Shown one piece after another: positions 38,621 to 52,139 of a stretch of DNA of 64,000 bases. Below the pieces are notes generated by a model. It searched no databases and had not been told where the DNA came from. It saw nothing but the letters and a program-made list of their open reading frames with translations. The position numbers and the translations under genes are program-made. This DNA is from Stegostoma tigrinum. Lineage: Eukaryota. The DNA lies in NCBI RefSeq assembly GCF_030684315.1, contig NC_081397.1, positions 9,610,001 to 9,674,000 on the forward strand, written 5' to 3'. Each line of letters begins with the position of its first letter. The first letter of the stretch is position 1.

Positions 38621-41180
38621 TGTGAGGTAAGTGCATTGGATGCCATCTGTATGGAGTTTAGTGAGGTATTTGACAAAGTGCCACAGTAGACTGGTCCAGA
38701 AAGTAAAAGCCTCTGGGATACAGGGCAATATGTTGAATTGGGTCCAAAGATGGCTCAGTAACAGGAAACAACATGTAATGGTTGATTGCTGCCTTTGTGA
38801 ATAGAAAGCTGTTTCAAGTGGTGCTCAGCATGGCTCAGTGTTGGGACCCCTGCTGTCCGTTTTCTACATTGATGATTTGGACTTGAATGTGGTGGCCTTA
38901 TTTGAGAAGTTTGCAGACAACACAAACTTGGCCATGTAGTGGGTAGTGTAGAGGATAATTGTAAGATGCAAAATGGTACAGATAGTTTCATGGAGTCGGC
39001 AGGAAAGTGGCAGATGGAGTTCAGCTCTGATAAGTGCGAGATAATGCACTTTGGAAGCTCCAACAGTAAATGGAATCAAAAATAATTGAGAATATGTTGA
39101 GAGCGGTAGATGAAGTGAGAGATCTTGGCGTGCAGGTGCACAGGTCACTAAAGGTAGCAGTACAAGGATTTAGAATTGTAAACAAGGCATGTAGAATGTT
39201 CCCCTTCATTGACAGTGGTATGGAATACAAACGTAGGGATATAACTGTGAAACTGTATCCGGAAATGGTGAGGCTGCAACTGGAGTATTGTGTGCAGTTC
39301 TGGTCACCACGTTACAGGAAGGATGTAATTGCTGTGGAGGGAATGCAGAGGAGATTTACCAGAATGTTGCCAGGGCTGGAGATTGTAGCTGCGAGGAGAG
39401 TTTGCAGAGGTTGTGGTTATATTGCTTGGAATACAGGAGGCTGAGGGGTGTCTTGATTATAGAAAACAAAACTGTGAAAAGGAGAGACAGAGTGGACAGG
39501 AGGAACCTGCTTGGAGAAACTGTTCAAAAATCAGAGGTCATTGATTGAAGTGAAGTGGCTGAAGGATCGGAGGATTCTTAAGGATTTTTTTTTAACAGTA
39601 TGAAACAGTCTGACCTCTTCTAGCCTACCAATGTTAGGAAGGAAGATGTGCCAGGAACTTTGAGGAAGGTGAAGATAGGTAAGTCCCCCGGGCCTGATGG
39701 GATTTATCCAAGGATTCTGTGGGAAGCGAGGGAAGAGTTTGGAGGGCCCTTGGCAATGATCTCCTCGCCCTCACTGTCAACGGGTAGAGTGCTGGAAGAT
39801 TGGAGAGTGGCAAACGTCAATCCCTTGTTCAAAAAAGGAAATCGGGATAACCCTGGAAATTACAGACCAGTTAGTCTTACGTCAGTGGTGGGCAAATTAT
39901 TGCCAAGGGCTCTGAGAGATAGGATTTCTGATCACGTAGAAAGGCACAGTTTGATTTGGGACAGTCAGCATGGATTTGTGAGGGGTAAAACATGCTTCAC
40001 AAACCTTACTGAATTCTTTGAAGAGGTGACCAAACACGTGGATGAATGTACAGCAGTGGATGTGGTACCCATGGATTTAAGTATGGCATTTGATAAGGTT
40101 CCCCACAGTAGGCTCATGCAGAGGGTAAGGAGGCATGGGATAGAGGGAAATGTGGCAGATTGGATTCAGAATTGGCTGACCCTTAGGTGACAAAGGGTAG
40201 TAGTGGACGGAAAATATTTGACATAGTGTTCAATTACGAGTGGTGTACCACAAGGATCTGTTCTGGGTTCTCTTCCATTTGTGATTGTTGTAAATGATTT
40301 GGTTGAAGGCGTGGAAGAATGCATCAGCAAGTTCGCAGACGATACGAAGGTGGATCATGTTGTGGGTTACAAAAGTACATTGATAGTATACGGAGCTGGG
40401 TTAAGAATTGGTAAATGGAGTTTAACCTTGAAAAGTGTGAGATGATACATTTTGGAAGGACAAACTTGAAAACAGAATACAGGGTTAGTGGAAAGATTCT
40501 TGGCAGTGTGGAGGAGCAGAGGGATCTTGGGGTTCATGTTCACAGCTCCCTGAAAGCTACCAGCCAGGTGGATAGAATTGTTAAGAAGGCGTATGTTGTG
40601 TTAGCTTTCATTAACAGAGGGATTGAGTTCAAGAGCCATGAAGTTATGCTCCAGCTATACAAAAGTCTGGTTCGTCCACATCTGGAATATTGAGTCCAGT
40701 TGTGGTCATGCCATTACAGGAAAGATGTAGAATCATTGGAAAAGGTGCAGACAAGATTTACCAGGATGTTGCCTGGAATGGAGGGAAGATCTTACGAGGA
40801 AAGTTTGGGAGAGCTTTGGCTTTTCTCTTTAGAGCGACGAAGATGAGAGATGACTTGATAGAGGTGTACAAAATGATCAGAGGTATAGATAGAATGGACA
40901 GCCAGAGACTTTTTCCCCGGGTGAAGGTAGCTATTGTGAGGGGGCAGAGTGTTAAAGTGAGTGGAGGTAGATATTGGGGAGAAGTCAGAGGTGGGCTCTT
41001 TACTCAGAGAGTGGTCGGGGTGTGGAATGCGTTCTGGAAAGGAGAGTGGAGTCAGCCTCTTTCGGGGCATTTAAACAGCTATGAGACAGGCATATGGATG
41101 ATAGCAATAGGTAGGAGTGGAGGTTAGATAGACATGAGGATTAGGGGAGACGTTCGGCACAACATCGTGGGCCGAGGGGG
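38620..41180 (+). mobile_element. Two tandem disrupted CR1 LINEs
   Basis: KSPGPDGIYPRIL, PGNYRPVSLTSVVGKLL, QHGF, DLSMAFDKV and RPHLEY, with stops and frameshifts. Confidence 0.92.
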
Positions 41181-41279
41181 CGGGGGGGTGGGTGTGGTAG
41201 CGGGGGGGGGGGGGGGTAGGCGGGCGGGGTAGCGGGTGTGCGGAGGGGCGGGTGGGGGGTGGGGGTGCGGCAGTGGTAG

Positions 41280-41700
41280 TGCTCCGCCATTCTTTCTGAA
41301 GCCAATGGTCAGTTCTTTAGTTTTTCCAACATTGAGAGAGATGTCGCCTTCACTGCACCATGTCATCAAGCCCTCTATCTCCCTTCTGGGTTTTGACTCC
41401 TGGTTGTTCCATATGTGTCCCACCATGATGGTGTCATCAGCAAACTTGTAGATGGTGTTCATTTGGAAATTGGCCCCACAGTGTTGGGTGTACAGTAGGG
41501 GCCTGAGGTTGCATCCTTGGCGGGTGGCCTCCAGTGTTGTGTGTTACTGTAGAGGAGATGCAAATGTCTGTCTTCACTGATTGCAGTCTATGGGTTAGAA
41601 ATTTGAGGATCCAGTTGCAGTGGGTGGAGCCGAGACCAAGGTCACAGAGTTTTGAGATCAGTCTGCACAGGGTAACGGTGTATAGATGTTCCAGGGATGA
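41280..41700 (-). mobile_element. Rex1/Babar-clade LINE RT fragment
   Basis: KFADDTIMVGHIWNNQE...WCSEGDISLNVGKTKELTIGFRK and CNWILKFLTHRLQSV. Confidence 0.7.
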
Positions 41701-42363
41701 ATAATCTCCTACAACCTCTTGAATCAGGCAGAAGATACAGAAGCCCAAACAGGTTCAGGGGCAGCTTCTTTCTGTTCATTATTAAATTGATGAATCGACT
41801 CTTTGGCCTCAAATAATGATGATCTTGTTAATGTTGATCTCTCCGAGTGCGCACCCTGTGAAATGTAACCTGCATGCCTCTCTGAGTTGTTTTGATCTGT
41901 ACATCCTTGCTGACTGTGATCGGCCTGTACTGCTCGTAAACAGAGCATTTCACTGTCTCTCGCTACATGTGAATTTATTAAAACAAAATTAACAGAGCAT
42001 ATACTGACAGGTACATATTTGTAACTACACTCACGCATTCAACAAGTGGGAACTGACAGATATAGATCGATAACGAAACTCACATATCCATATACCCACT
42101 TGCAGTATGTGGTCCCACTCATGCAGCTGTATCAGTGTTGGTTAGCTTTTGGATCTCACTCAACCAGGTGTTCGAATTTTAAGAAAAAAAAATAGACAAG
42201 GAGAAGCTCAGGCTCGGAGTAGAATCAGACCGTGGTTCTGTTCAAATAAATAGCTCGAAACAAACAATCCTAATGAATAATTAACTGAATGTTACATTGG
42301 CAATATCAATCTGATCAATCTCAACTGATGTTAGTTTACAGGAGGTATTCCTTCTTCCTCCAG

Positions 42364-42445
42364 GCCAATACTTGAAGGACCAGGACAATTTCGTGTTTTC
42401 TCAGTACAAAGCCAATTGTGACCAGCATCTTACAACAACCACCAG
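42364..42445 (+). CDS. Candidate exon 2, unit F (82 nt; QYLKDQDNFVFSQYKANCDQHLTTTT)
   Basis: cttcttcctccag acceptor, CAG|gtatgt donor, open phase-1 frame. Confidence 0.5.
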
Positions 42446-44929
42446 GTATGTTACACTGTCAGAGCATAGAATATCCTAGCCACAGTGATAGCAGATTCAA
42501 TGTCACACATTGAATGCAATTTCCAGAGAGATGTGTTCTAACCAAGAGTCAAACACCATTGAGGAAGTACCAGTGTATATCTTTTATTTGTACTGTCACT
42601 TCCAGCCCCTCAGTTCTAAACCATTTCACTTTTGAGGAATGACAGACTGAATCCTCATCCAAAATATATACACAGGAACAGCATGAAATCTGCATTTAGT
42701 AAGGTTACTTTTAGTGTTACAGTCAAGTGAACACATAGATGATGCTGTTAGTTTGACCAACCACATGGGAAGTAGATATGGAGTACAGATATTGAAGCAA
42801 ACATTTCAGTTAGCAGTAACAGACAGACAATTATTATTTCCATGAATATTTGTCTCAATAGTCACAAAACTTAAATAAGGTGAATTCCAAATGCACGTGC
42901 TGTGCCAAAGACTGACATTGAGAGAATTGCTAATGTACACTCTCACTCCCTCTCTTGCACCCTCCTCTCTCTCTCTCTCACTATCAAATGCATAAACCAT
43001 CCCAACACACATTCCAACATATAATAGCCATGCAATACCATATACATTGCAAGCAACAAGAAACTGTCACATCTGGAATGATTTCTACTCACAGAACCAT
43101 TGTCAGAGAGGCCTGCAGTCCTTCACATTATTGAGTCTGTACCGAGAATTCTCATCCCATTCATTCAACATTTCATTCACATAAATGTATGATAGCAGCA
43201 GAGGAGCTGCCATCCCCACCTTTATCGCAACATCATTCTCCTTTTCTTCACCTTTCAGGAATAGAATTTGCTTTGTCTTTTTCAGTCCAGCAAGAAACCT
43301 CTGGTACCTCTTTCAAAATTAATCTCAATTTTCTGTAAAGAGCCTGACATTCCTCCTGGCCCTCCCTAGAATGTATTGCAGAGAAATACCAAGATATCTG
43401 AATACAATTTTCACAATAAATCAGTTTAATCAATTGGTTACTTTTCAAAGCAGTGCACAAAATAAAAATAGACAAAATTGGTTTGCTTGGTAGGTTTGTG
43501 AAACACTCCTTTTGTTTCAAAGCAGAGTTGAACAGTGTTGATTGTTCAATAAATTGAGTTTCACACTTTAAATCTGCTGCACTACAAGTCAGAAAATAAA
43601 CTTTCTTTTCCTTTCCACTTCCTTCCCATAGAACAACACAAGAGTACCAGTAATTGCTTCCACCATCACGGCACAGAGCAGGGTCATGTCCTGTCTACAT
43701 CAGGGAATAAGTTCCCCGTTTGTCTTTTCTGTCCAAGCGACACTGTGTGGTCAGGCAGCTGCAATGCAGTTGAATTGTTCACTGCCATTGGCTTTCACAG
43801 TTTACACTGATTGCTACTTTAGCATTACTCAGAAAAGCATATCACTACACACTGAAAAAGAAACGGATGTTATTCTGACAGTCAACACTTTATATCATTA
43901 ATCCCTGTTCAACTCTACACTATACAAGTTACAAAGGCCCATTGTGTTTCCAGTCTTGAATCTGAGGAACAGCACAGAATCCCTTCTGTAGCAGTGTGTT
44001 GCCTTTCACTTGCACATGATTCCCACAGGCACCAACAATTAAAAATCTTCGGTGGTTTCCCATTCACTACAGGAGACGGGAACTGAGATACAGACTGGCA
44101 GCACGAGGGAAAACTCACTCACACACAGCCAGTGGATGCTAAAAGGAAAAGAATGAAGTACGGCCTCACAGTAATTTCCAGATATGAACTGACTCTCAAA
44201 ATCTCTGATTACACCTGAGGATATTGGACTATTACAGTGCCCAGTAGTGACAGATAGATTCTACTGCGCACTCAACCTCATGCACAATGTAAAAACAAAC
44301 TGAGACTGAAATGCAATGCAGTTGAGTGCAATTGAAAAGAGTTTGACAGAGTTTACTACTCCGACACAAACCACAACTGAACATACGAAAATGAGATCCA
44401 TGTACTCTCCCTGAGACTGTGGGAAACATATCAAAACTACCACGATCGTTATGAAAAGCCAGATACCCACAGAACTTATGTCATATTGGCCTTTACAAAT
44501 AGACGCTGACAATGAGTAGATGAAGTTCACATTCCGAACAATTACTGCGGAACTGCTGCATAAAAAATTCCCAGTACAGAGACAGTGGGCTGAATGGTCT
44601 GCTCCTATGCTGTACCATATCTGTGATTCTGATTTTGGTGAGAAACAAGCAGTTTAATCAGTGGTACCACAGATCTCAGGCTGTCTGACCAAATAGGAAA
44701 TATGTGACAATTTGCCAGAATGGTTCTCAGAATAAAGCAGTTCCCCTCCTGTTATCACCCCATGTCATGAACTTCCTCACCCCCCTCACCTTCCACACGG
44801 ACTGACACTCAACTCATAAATCACACACTGCAGAAGAGATTCAGAGCCAGCCTCAACACCCTAACAATAACTATCACAGAGTGATTTGTACAGTCACAGA
44901 GAATAATACTGGCCTTCAGAGACTTAGCC

Positions 44930-45520
44930 ATTTTGATACATGAGGAGAAACTGACACGTACAGATTGATAACTACACCCACTTGTTCGTATTGCAGAAAC
45001 ACACAAATGATGACAACACATTGACTACAATGTAAAGGTGTGACTGTAGTTATCAGTCTCTCTTGGTTTCTGCTAATGTCAGTCATGCATTCACATTGCA
45101 GGAACTGTCAGGGAGAGATGAATAACTTCACCCTCATTCTCAAAGCTAAAATGGGCATACGCAATGATAACTACACTCCCAGTTTCACAGAGCATAAACT
45201 GACAAGTATAGTCTGTTAACTAGACTCTCCTATTTACAGAGCAGAATCTCACAGGTACATGTTGGGAACAGCACCCACACATTCACCAAGCAGGAACTGA
45301 CAGGTGTACTTCGATAAGTACATTTACACACTGACAAGGCAGAAACGGAGAGGCATAGGCTGGGAACTCATATTCACACAACGGAAACTGACAGATACAG
45401 ATTAATGTTGTCACTCTCAATTCTCAGAGCAGAAACTGACAGATACAGGCTGGTAAATACAGTCATACATTTACATATGTGAAACTGACAGGTATATGTA
45501 GATAAATATATTGATTATAG
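44930..45520 (+). repeat. 49-bp tandem array
   Basis: Anchors at 45196, 45245, 45294, 45343, 45385, 45433, 45482 (spacings 49,49,49,42,48,49). Confidence 0.85.
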
Positions 45521-46380
45521 AAATGATTTGGAGTTGGGTATTGAGGATAAAATCTCTAAATGCGCAGGTGATACTAAGCCAGGGAGAAGAGTGAATTGTG
45601 CGGATGATACTGAGTGACTTCACAGGGACATTGACAAGTTGGCCAAATGGGCAGAGACCTGGCAGATAAATTGCAATGCAGAAAAATATGAGCTCATGCA
45701 TTTTGCGAATAAAAACACAGAGAAACAATACAAGCTTAAGGGTACAGCTTTGAGGGTAGTATTGGAGCAGAGAGATCTTGGGGTTCATGTGCAATATTCT
45801 CTGAAGGTGGCCAGGCAAGTTGAAACAGTTGAGAAGCAGGTTCAAAGGATCTTTGAATTTAAAAATAGAGGCATTGAGTCTCAAAGGAAGGACGTAATGC
45901 TACACCTCTACAAATCATTGCTAAGACCACATTGCTCAGACTAGATTTGTGTTCAGTTCTGGACACCTTATTTAAGGAAGAAGCCTCTGGGGAGGGTTCA
46001 AAGAAGATTACTAGAATGATAGCAGGATTTTACTGACAAGGAAAGATTAATGAAATCAGGCTTATTCCCCTTGGAGCAGAGAAGATTAAAAGGAAACCTT
46101 ATGGAGGTGTTCACAATTATGAAGAATTTTGAGAGAGTGAAGTTCAATACTCTATTTACACTATGTCAGTAACCAGGGGTCACAGTTTCAAGATTGTCAC
46201 CAAGACAGCGAGGAGTGAGATGAGGAGAAACATCTTTACTCGGAGCATTGTTAGGATTTGGAATACGCTGCCTGGGAGAGTGGTGGAGGTGGATTCCATG
46301 TGAGGTATGAAAAGAGAGCTGGATATATATTTGAAAATGATGAAGTTTAGAGGGTCATGTAGATGGGGCTGGAGAACAAT
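45520..46380 (+). mobile_element. CR1 LINE 3' fragment
   Basis: KWAETWQINCNAEKYELMHF...LYKSLLRPH. Confidence 0.85.
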
Positions 46381-46792
46381 CCTGCCTATAATTATTTCCA
46401 GCTCACCACAATTATAAAATAAATGCAGAGTAGATTCAGTTCTTTATGTCATCTGTCCTGACCCACTAACTGGGAGATTAAATAGTTATTCAAGTTAGGA
46501 ATGGACAGCACAAAATTTCAAATCCCTGCCATCATGGATCAGATCATGTTACAGCAGAAGAAATTGGCCCACTCAGAGTTATGTGAGAGACAGTTATTCC
46601 AATGGCTTCTCAAGGCAAATTCATGTTTGGAGTTGATGTCTGGCTGAGTGAATGGGAAGAAAGCTTAGCCATTTCTCAGCTGCAGAAACCTGACGCTCCT
46701 CTGTCCTCTCTTCCTTCTCCCACTGATTTGCTGGAAGGAACAATTGCTATCCATCAATTTGTGAGGCATTGAAGGGATTCTTCTGTGCTGTC

Positions 46793-46924
46793 TCACACTG
46801 TCCACGGAAGATTGACAGAAACATTTCCCTCTTCACCTTGACCTGGTTCCTCATCCCCTCGCATATCTGTGTGCCTCAGGGTGGTGTATGTGATGCAGGA
46901 TGGTTGCTGGTCTGCTTGCTCAGC
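46793..46924 (-). other. Possible exon (AEQADQQPSCITYTTLRHTDMRGDEEPGQGEEGNVSVNLPWTV*)
   Basis: Good acceptor tgtattgtcctattttcag, non-repetitive sequence, only phase 0 open. Confidence 0.3.
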
Positions 46925-46989
46925 CTGAAAATAGGACAATACAGAAACATAGTAAATGAGGAGCAGGAGCAAAATCGGTGGCCTCATGG

Positions 46990-48650
46990 ACAGTGAAGGT
47001 GGTTATCTCAGAGTACAACAGGAACTTGATCAACTGGGCCAATGGGCCGAGGACTGGCAGGTAGAGTTTAATTTAGACAAATATAGAGGTGTTGCATCTT
47101 TGGTGAGGCAAACCAGGGCAGGTTAATGGTAGGGCCCTAGGGAGTGCTGTCAAACAGAGGTATTGAGGGGTGCAGGCACACAGTTCCATAAAGTGGAGTC
47201 CCAGGCGGACGGCAAGTTTGGAACAGTTGCCTTCATCAGTTCCAACACTGAGTGTAGGAGTTGAGATGTTATGATGTGGCTGTACAAGACATTTTGCCCC
47301 TAAGAACTCCATGCAACTAATTGAACAACATTCACTGTTCTGGTCCCGACTACTTTCTGTGACAGGGAATCCCATTGGCTCCCCACCCTCTAGGTGAAGA
47401 CATTTCTCCCCATCCTCAGCCCTTCCCCGTCTCCTTTCAACTGTGACCCCCTGAGTGTGGACTCACGTGCCCTCAGCCCCCACTCCGGCCATCAGCAACA
47501 TCTGTGTTTACCCGTATTAAGTCCCGTTGAAGTTTCACAGGTTTCTATGAGATCGAACCTCAATCTTCGAAACTCCAGTGAATATAATCCTCACCGATCC
47601 AGTCTTTCCTTATCCATCAGACCTGCCATCCCAGGATTCAGTCTGGGAAACTTCGGCTGCACTCCCTCCATAGCCAGGACATCCTTCCTCAGAGACGGAG
47701 ACCCCACTCTGCAGACACAATACAGCAGGAAGTGGTCTCTCCCTGTACAATTGCAGCAAGACAGCCTTGCTCCTGGACTGGAACCCTCTCACTATGAAGG
47801 CCAACATCCCAATTCCCTTCTTCACCATCTGCTGCTCCTGTAATGCTCACTGTCAGTGACTGTTGTATGAGGTACATCCAGGACTTGGAGCACCCCGACA
47901 TCCCAATCCGGCAGATAAAAACCCAATTTCCTGGTTTTGCACCCAAAGCAGATCATGTCACACTGATCTACATTAAACTGTGTGAATCATCTCAGTGTTG
48001 AGTCTACAAGCTGGAAATTCGGAGGGGGTGGCTGGTGAACGTAGGGATGTGGAGGGAGTGGATGGTGAGAATAACAAACTTTATCTGGAAGACACTGAGA
48101 GTTTATGGCATGAGCTGTGAACATCTGGGGTTGTTACACAGACCAGTTCCTCTTAGAAAAGCACACAGTTGGAACAACTTTGAAACGGATGATGACGAAT
48201 GTTATTTCTCTGTACTCTGAACAGGATGTGGCCAGTTCTGCCAAGGTGGCAAGTGGATGCCAATCTCGAAATATCCTTGAATGGATCGACATTCTCAGCC
48301 TGAAGGCAATGAGGAGTTTGCAAAGGTCTAGGAGTCACGTGCAGAGCAGATCAGGTGAGAATGGCAGATTTTGCTCCCATAAGAACCATCAGAGACAGGA
48401 ATGGGAGTAGGCCATTCGGCCCCTCAATCCTGCTCCACCATTCAATAGGACTGTGGCTGATCCAACATTCCTCATGTCCACTTTTCTGCTCTTCCCTTTG
48501 ATTCCCCGATTGATCAAGAATCTGTCAATCCCAGCCTTAAATCTGCCTTCCCCCTGCTGCCACAAATACACACAGCTCCCTGTAGCAAGGAGTTCCAAAG
48601 TCTCTTATCTCCCTGAGAGAAGAAATAACTTCTCATGTCAGTCTTCACTA
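46990..48650. mobile_element. Mixed CR1 and SINE fragments
   Basis: VKKGIGMLAFIVRG..LLQLY (-) and MRSYFFSQGDKRLWNSL (-) match CR1 C-terminal motifs. Confidence 0.7.
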
Positions 48651-48914
48651 TTGAACCAGATGGTTCTTTGCTTCTTACAATGGTCATCATTGGAGTCTTA
48701 ACTCCAGATCTGTTTTGTTTAAAGTAGAAGTCAAAATCCACCGCATGCCACAGCAAGATTTAAATTCAAGCCCTCACAGTATATCCTGGCCATCTGACAG
48801 AATAGGATATTGCCTCCCCATTATTTCAGAAATTGAAAATGAATCATATCAAAGTGCGGTGTTCAGGTCAGCATAATTTGCCCCACACCATTGAGCCAAA
48901 CATCGACAGCAGTG

Positions 48915-49200
48915 GAATCCCTACATTGTAGAAGTAGGCCATTCAGCCCATTGAGTGCATACCAACCCTCTGAACAGCATCCCACACAGACCCACTCCTG
49001 TAACCGATCCCTGTACCCGTTCACTTCCCATGGTTACTCTCCCTAATCTACCCACCCCTGGACAACTATGAGCAATTTAGCATGACCAATCCACCGAACC
49101 TGCACACCTTTAGACAATGGGAGAAGACTGGAGCACCCGGTGGAAACCACACACACAATATGAGGCAGCAGTGCTCACCACTGAGCCACCGTGCTGCCCA
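48915..49200 (-). mobile_element. HE1-like tRNA-derived SINE (internal deletion)
   Basis: 5' GGCAGCACGGTGGCTCAGTGGTGAGCACTGCTGCCTCA (A box) and a CR1-like 3' tail. Confidence 0.75.
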
Positions 49201-49759
49201 GTGTTTTTGCCGTGTAGGGCTTGCTTAGCTCAGTTGACTGTGTGGTCGTGCTGAAAGCGTGTGGTTCAGTTTCTGCACTGGTTGAGATTGCTGGGAATGA
49301 TCGTCGCCCTTTGCCTTAGATGTGGTGACCCTCAGGTTAAACAGTAAAACAGTTGTTGCTGTTGTCTCTCTGTCTCAGCCTCTGTCTCTCACTCTCTCTC
49401 TCTGTCTCTCTCTCTCTCTCTGCAAGCTTTTTCACTACAAAATAACTTAGGTGTTTCCCGCCTGATGCAACATCACAGTGAGCTGTAAATAAAAGAAAAG
49501 ACACTTTCATGACAGAATGTATCTAAATGCACGGGGAGAGGGTGTAGAGGCAGATTCACCAGGATGTTGCCTTCGACACTGGAGAGTGCCAGTGATGGAG
49601 AGAAATTGGACACACTGGGGTTATTATCCTTAGAGCAGAGGAGATTGAGACACTGGACACGATTGGAATGTATCAAATGATGAGGGACCATAGATTGGGT
49701 GAGCAGGAAGAAATGTTTCCTCCTTGATGGAGGGACCAATGAGGGACAACGTTTTCACC

Positions 49760-51793
49760 CAGAAGCTGTGGAGAAGGAGTGGATTAGGCAAAATGGGAGG
49801 ATATTTAATTGGGGAATCGGAAACTATGACGTGATTAGACATGAGTTAGGAAGCATGGACTGGGAGCAATTGTTCCATGGTAAGGGAACTATAGACATGT
49901 GGAGACTGTTTGAGGAACAGTTGTTGCGAGTGATGAGTAAATATGTCCCTCTGAGACAGGCAAGAAGGGGTAAGATAAAGGAACCTTGGATGATGAGAGC
50001 GGTGGAGCTTCTTGTGAAAAGGAAGAAGGTAGCTTACATAAGGTGGAGGAAGCTAGGGTCAAGTTCAGCTAGAGAGGATTACATGCAGGCAAGGAAGGAG
50101 CTCAAAAATGGTCTGAGGAGAGCCAGGAGGGGGCACGAGAAAGGCTTGGCAGAAGGAATCAGGGAAAACACAAAGGCATTTTGCACTTATGTGAGGAATA
50201 AGAGAATGGTCAAAGAAAGAGTAGGGCCAATCAGGGATAGCATAGGGAACTTGTGTGTGGAGTCTGAGGAGGTAGGGGAAGCCCTAAATGAGTTTTTTGC
50301 TTCTGTCTTTATGAAAGAAATGAACTTTGTAGTGAATGAAACCTTTGAAGAGCAGGTGTGCATGCTGGAATGGATAGAGATAGACGAAGCTGATGTGCTG
50401 AAAATTTTGTCAAACATTAAGATTGACAAGTCACCAGGCCCGGACCAGATTTGTCCTCGGCTGCTTTGGGAAGCGAGAAATGCAATTGCTTCGCCACTTG
50501 CGAAGATCTTTGCATCCTCGCTCTCCACTGGAGTCGTACCTGAGTACTGGAGAGAGGCAAATGTAATTCCTCTCTTCAAGAAAGGAAATCGGGAAACCCC
50601 CGGCAATTACAGACCAGTAAGTCTCACGTCTGTCGTCTGCAAGGTGTTAGAAAGGATTCTGAGGGATAGGATTTATGACCATCTGGAAGAGCATAGCTTG
50701 ATCAAATACAGTCAACACGGCTTTGTGAGGGGTAGGTCATGCCTCACAAACCTTATTGAGTTTTTTGAGGATGTGACGAGAAAAGTTGATGAGGGTCGAG
50801 CTGTGGATGTGGTGTATATGGACTTCAGTAAGGCATTTGATAAGGTTCCCCATGGTAGGCTCATTCAGAAGGTCAGGTGGAATGGGATACAGCGGAACTT
50901 AGCTGCATGGATACAGAATTGGCTGGCCAACAGAAGACAGCGAGTGGCAGTAGAAGGAAAATATTCTGCCTGGAAGTCAGTGGTGAGTGGGGTTCCACAG
51001 GGCTCTGTCCTTGGGCCTCTACTGTTTGTAATTTTTATTAATGACTTGGATGAGGGGATTGAAGGATGGGTCAGCAAGTTTGCAGATGACACAAAGGTTG
51101 GAGGTGTCGTTGACAGTACAGAGGGCTGCTGTAGGCTGCAACGGGACATTGACAGGATGCAGAGATGGGCTGAGAGGTGGCAGATGGAGTTCAACCTGGA
51201 TAAATGCGAGGTGATGCATTTTGGAAGGTCGAATTTGAAAGCTGAGTACAGGATTAAGGATAGGATTCTTGGCAGTTTGGAGGAACAGAGGGATCTTGGT
51301 GTGCAGATACATAGATCCCTTAAAATGGCCACCCAAGTGGACAGGGTTGTTAAGAAAGCATATGGTGTTTTGGCTTTCATTAACAGGGGGATTGAATTTA
51401 AGAGTCGTGAGATCTTGTTGCAGCTCTATAAAACTTTGGTTAGACCGCACTTGGAATACTGCGTCCAGTTCTGGTCGCCCTATTATAGGAAAGATGTGGA
51501 TGCTTTTGAGAGGGTTCAGAGGAGGTTTACCAGGATGCTGCCTGGACTGGAGGGCTTATCTTATGAAGAGAGGTTGACTGAGCTCGGACTCTTTTCATTG
51601 GAGAAAGGAGGAGGAGAGGGGACCTAATTGAGGTATACAAGATAATGAGAGGCATAGATAGAGTTGATAGCCAGAGACTATTTCCCAGGGCAGAAATGGC
51701 TAGCACGAGGGGTCATAGTTTTAAGCTGGTTGGAGGAAAGTATAGAGGGGATGTCAGAGGCGGGTTCTTTACACAGAGAGTTGTGAGAGCATG
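49760..51793 (+). mobile_element. Young 5'-truncated CR1 LINE with uninterrupted RT domain (ORF 49699-51627, 642 codons)
   Basis: [46 protein letters not shown] and KFADD. No endonuclease domain; frameshift near 51607 continues as MRGIDRVDSQRLFP. Confidence 0.96.
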
Positions 51794-52139
51794 TTATTCC
51801 GAATGGGAATATTGGGAATTGGGGAATGTTGGGACACTGAATAAATTGGAGGAGGAGACAGACAGATTTGTAATCTATGATGGGGAATGGGAGTAGGGGC
51901 AGGAAACTGGATCTGAGGCCAAGATAGGATCAGCTGTGCCGTATCAAATGGGGCCACAGGCACCCAAGAGGCTGAATGGTCTCCTCCTGCTCCTAGCCCT
52001 TAAGTTGTATTGGTCAATCAGTTGCCTGAGCACATTTTAGTGTGGGTGGTACAGACAGTAGCGACAGAAAGCTCTTATTCTGAGGTGCTAAAGTGTGTAA
52101 TCCATCACAGGTCACTCAGTAAGAGTCAATGTAAGACCC

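Noticed and set aside
49699-51627. 642-aa ORF as a domesticated host gene
   Set aside because: Ordinary 5'-truncated CR1 ORF2 with a GTG start inside another repeat and a terminal frameshift.
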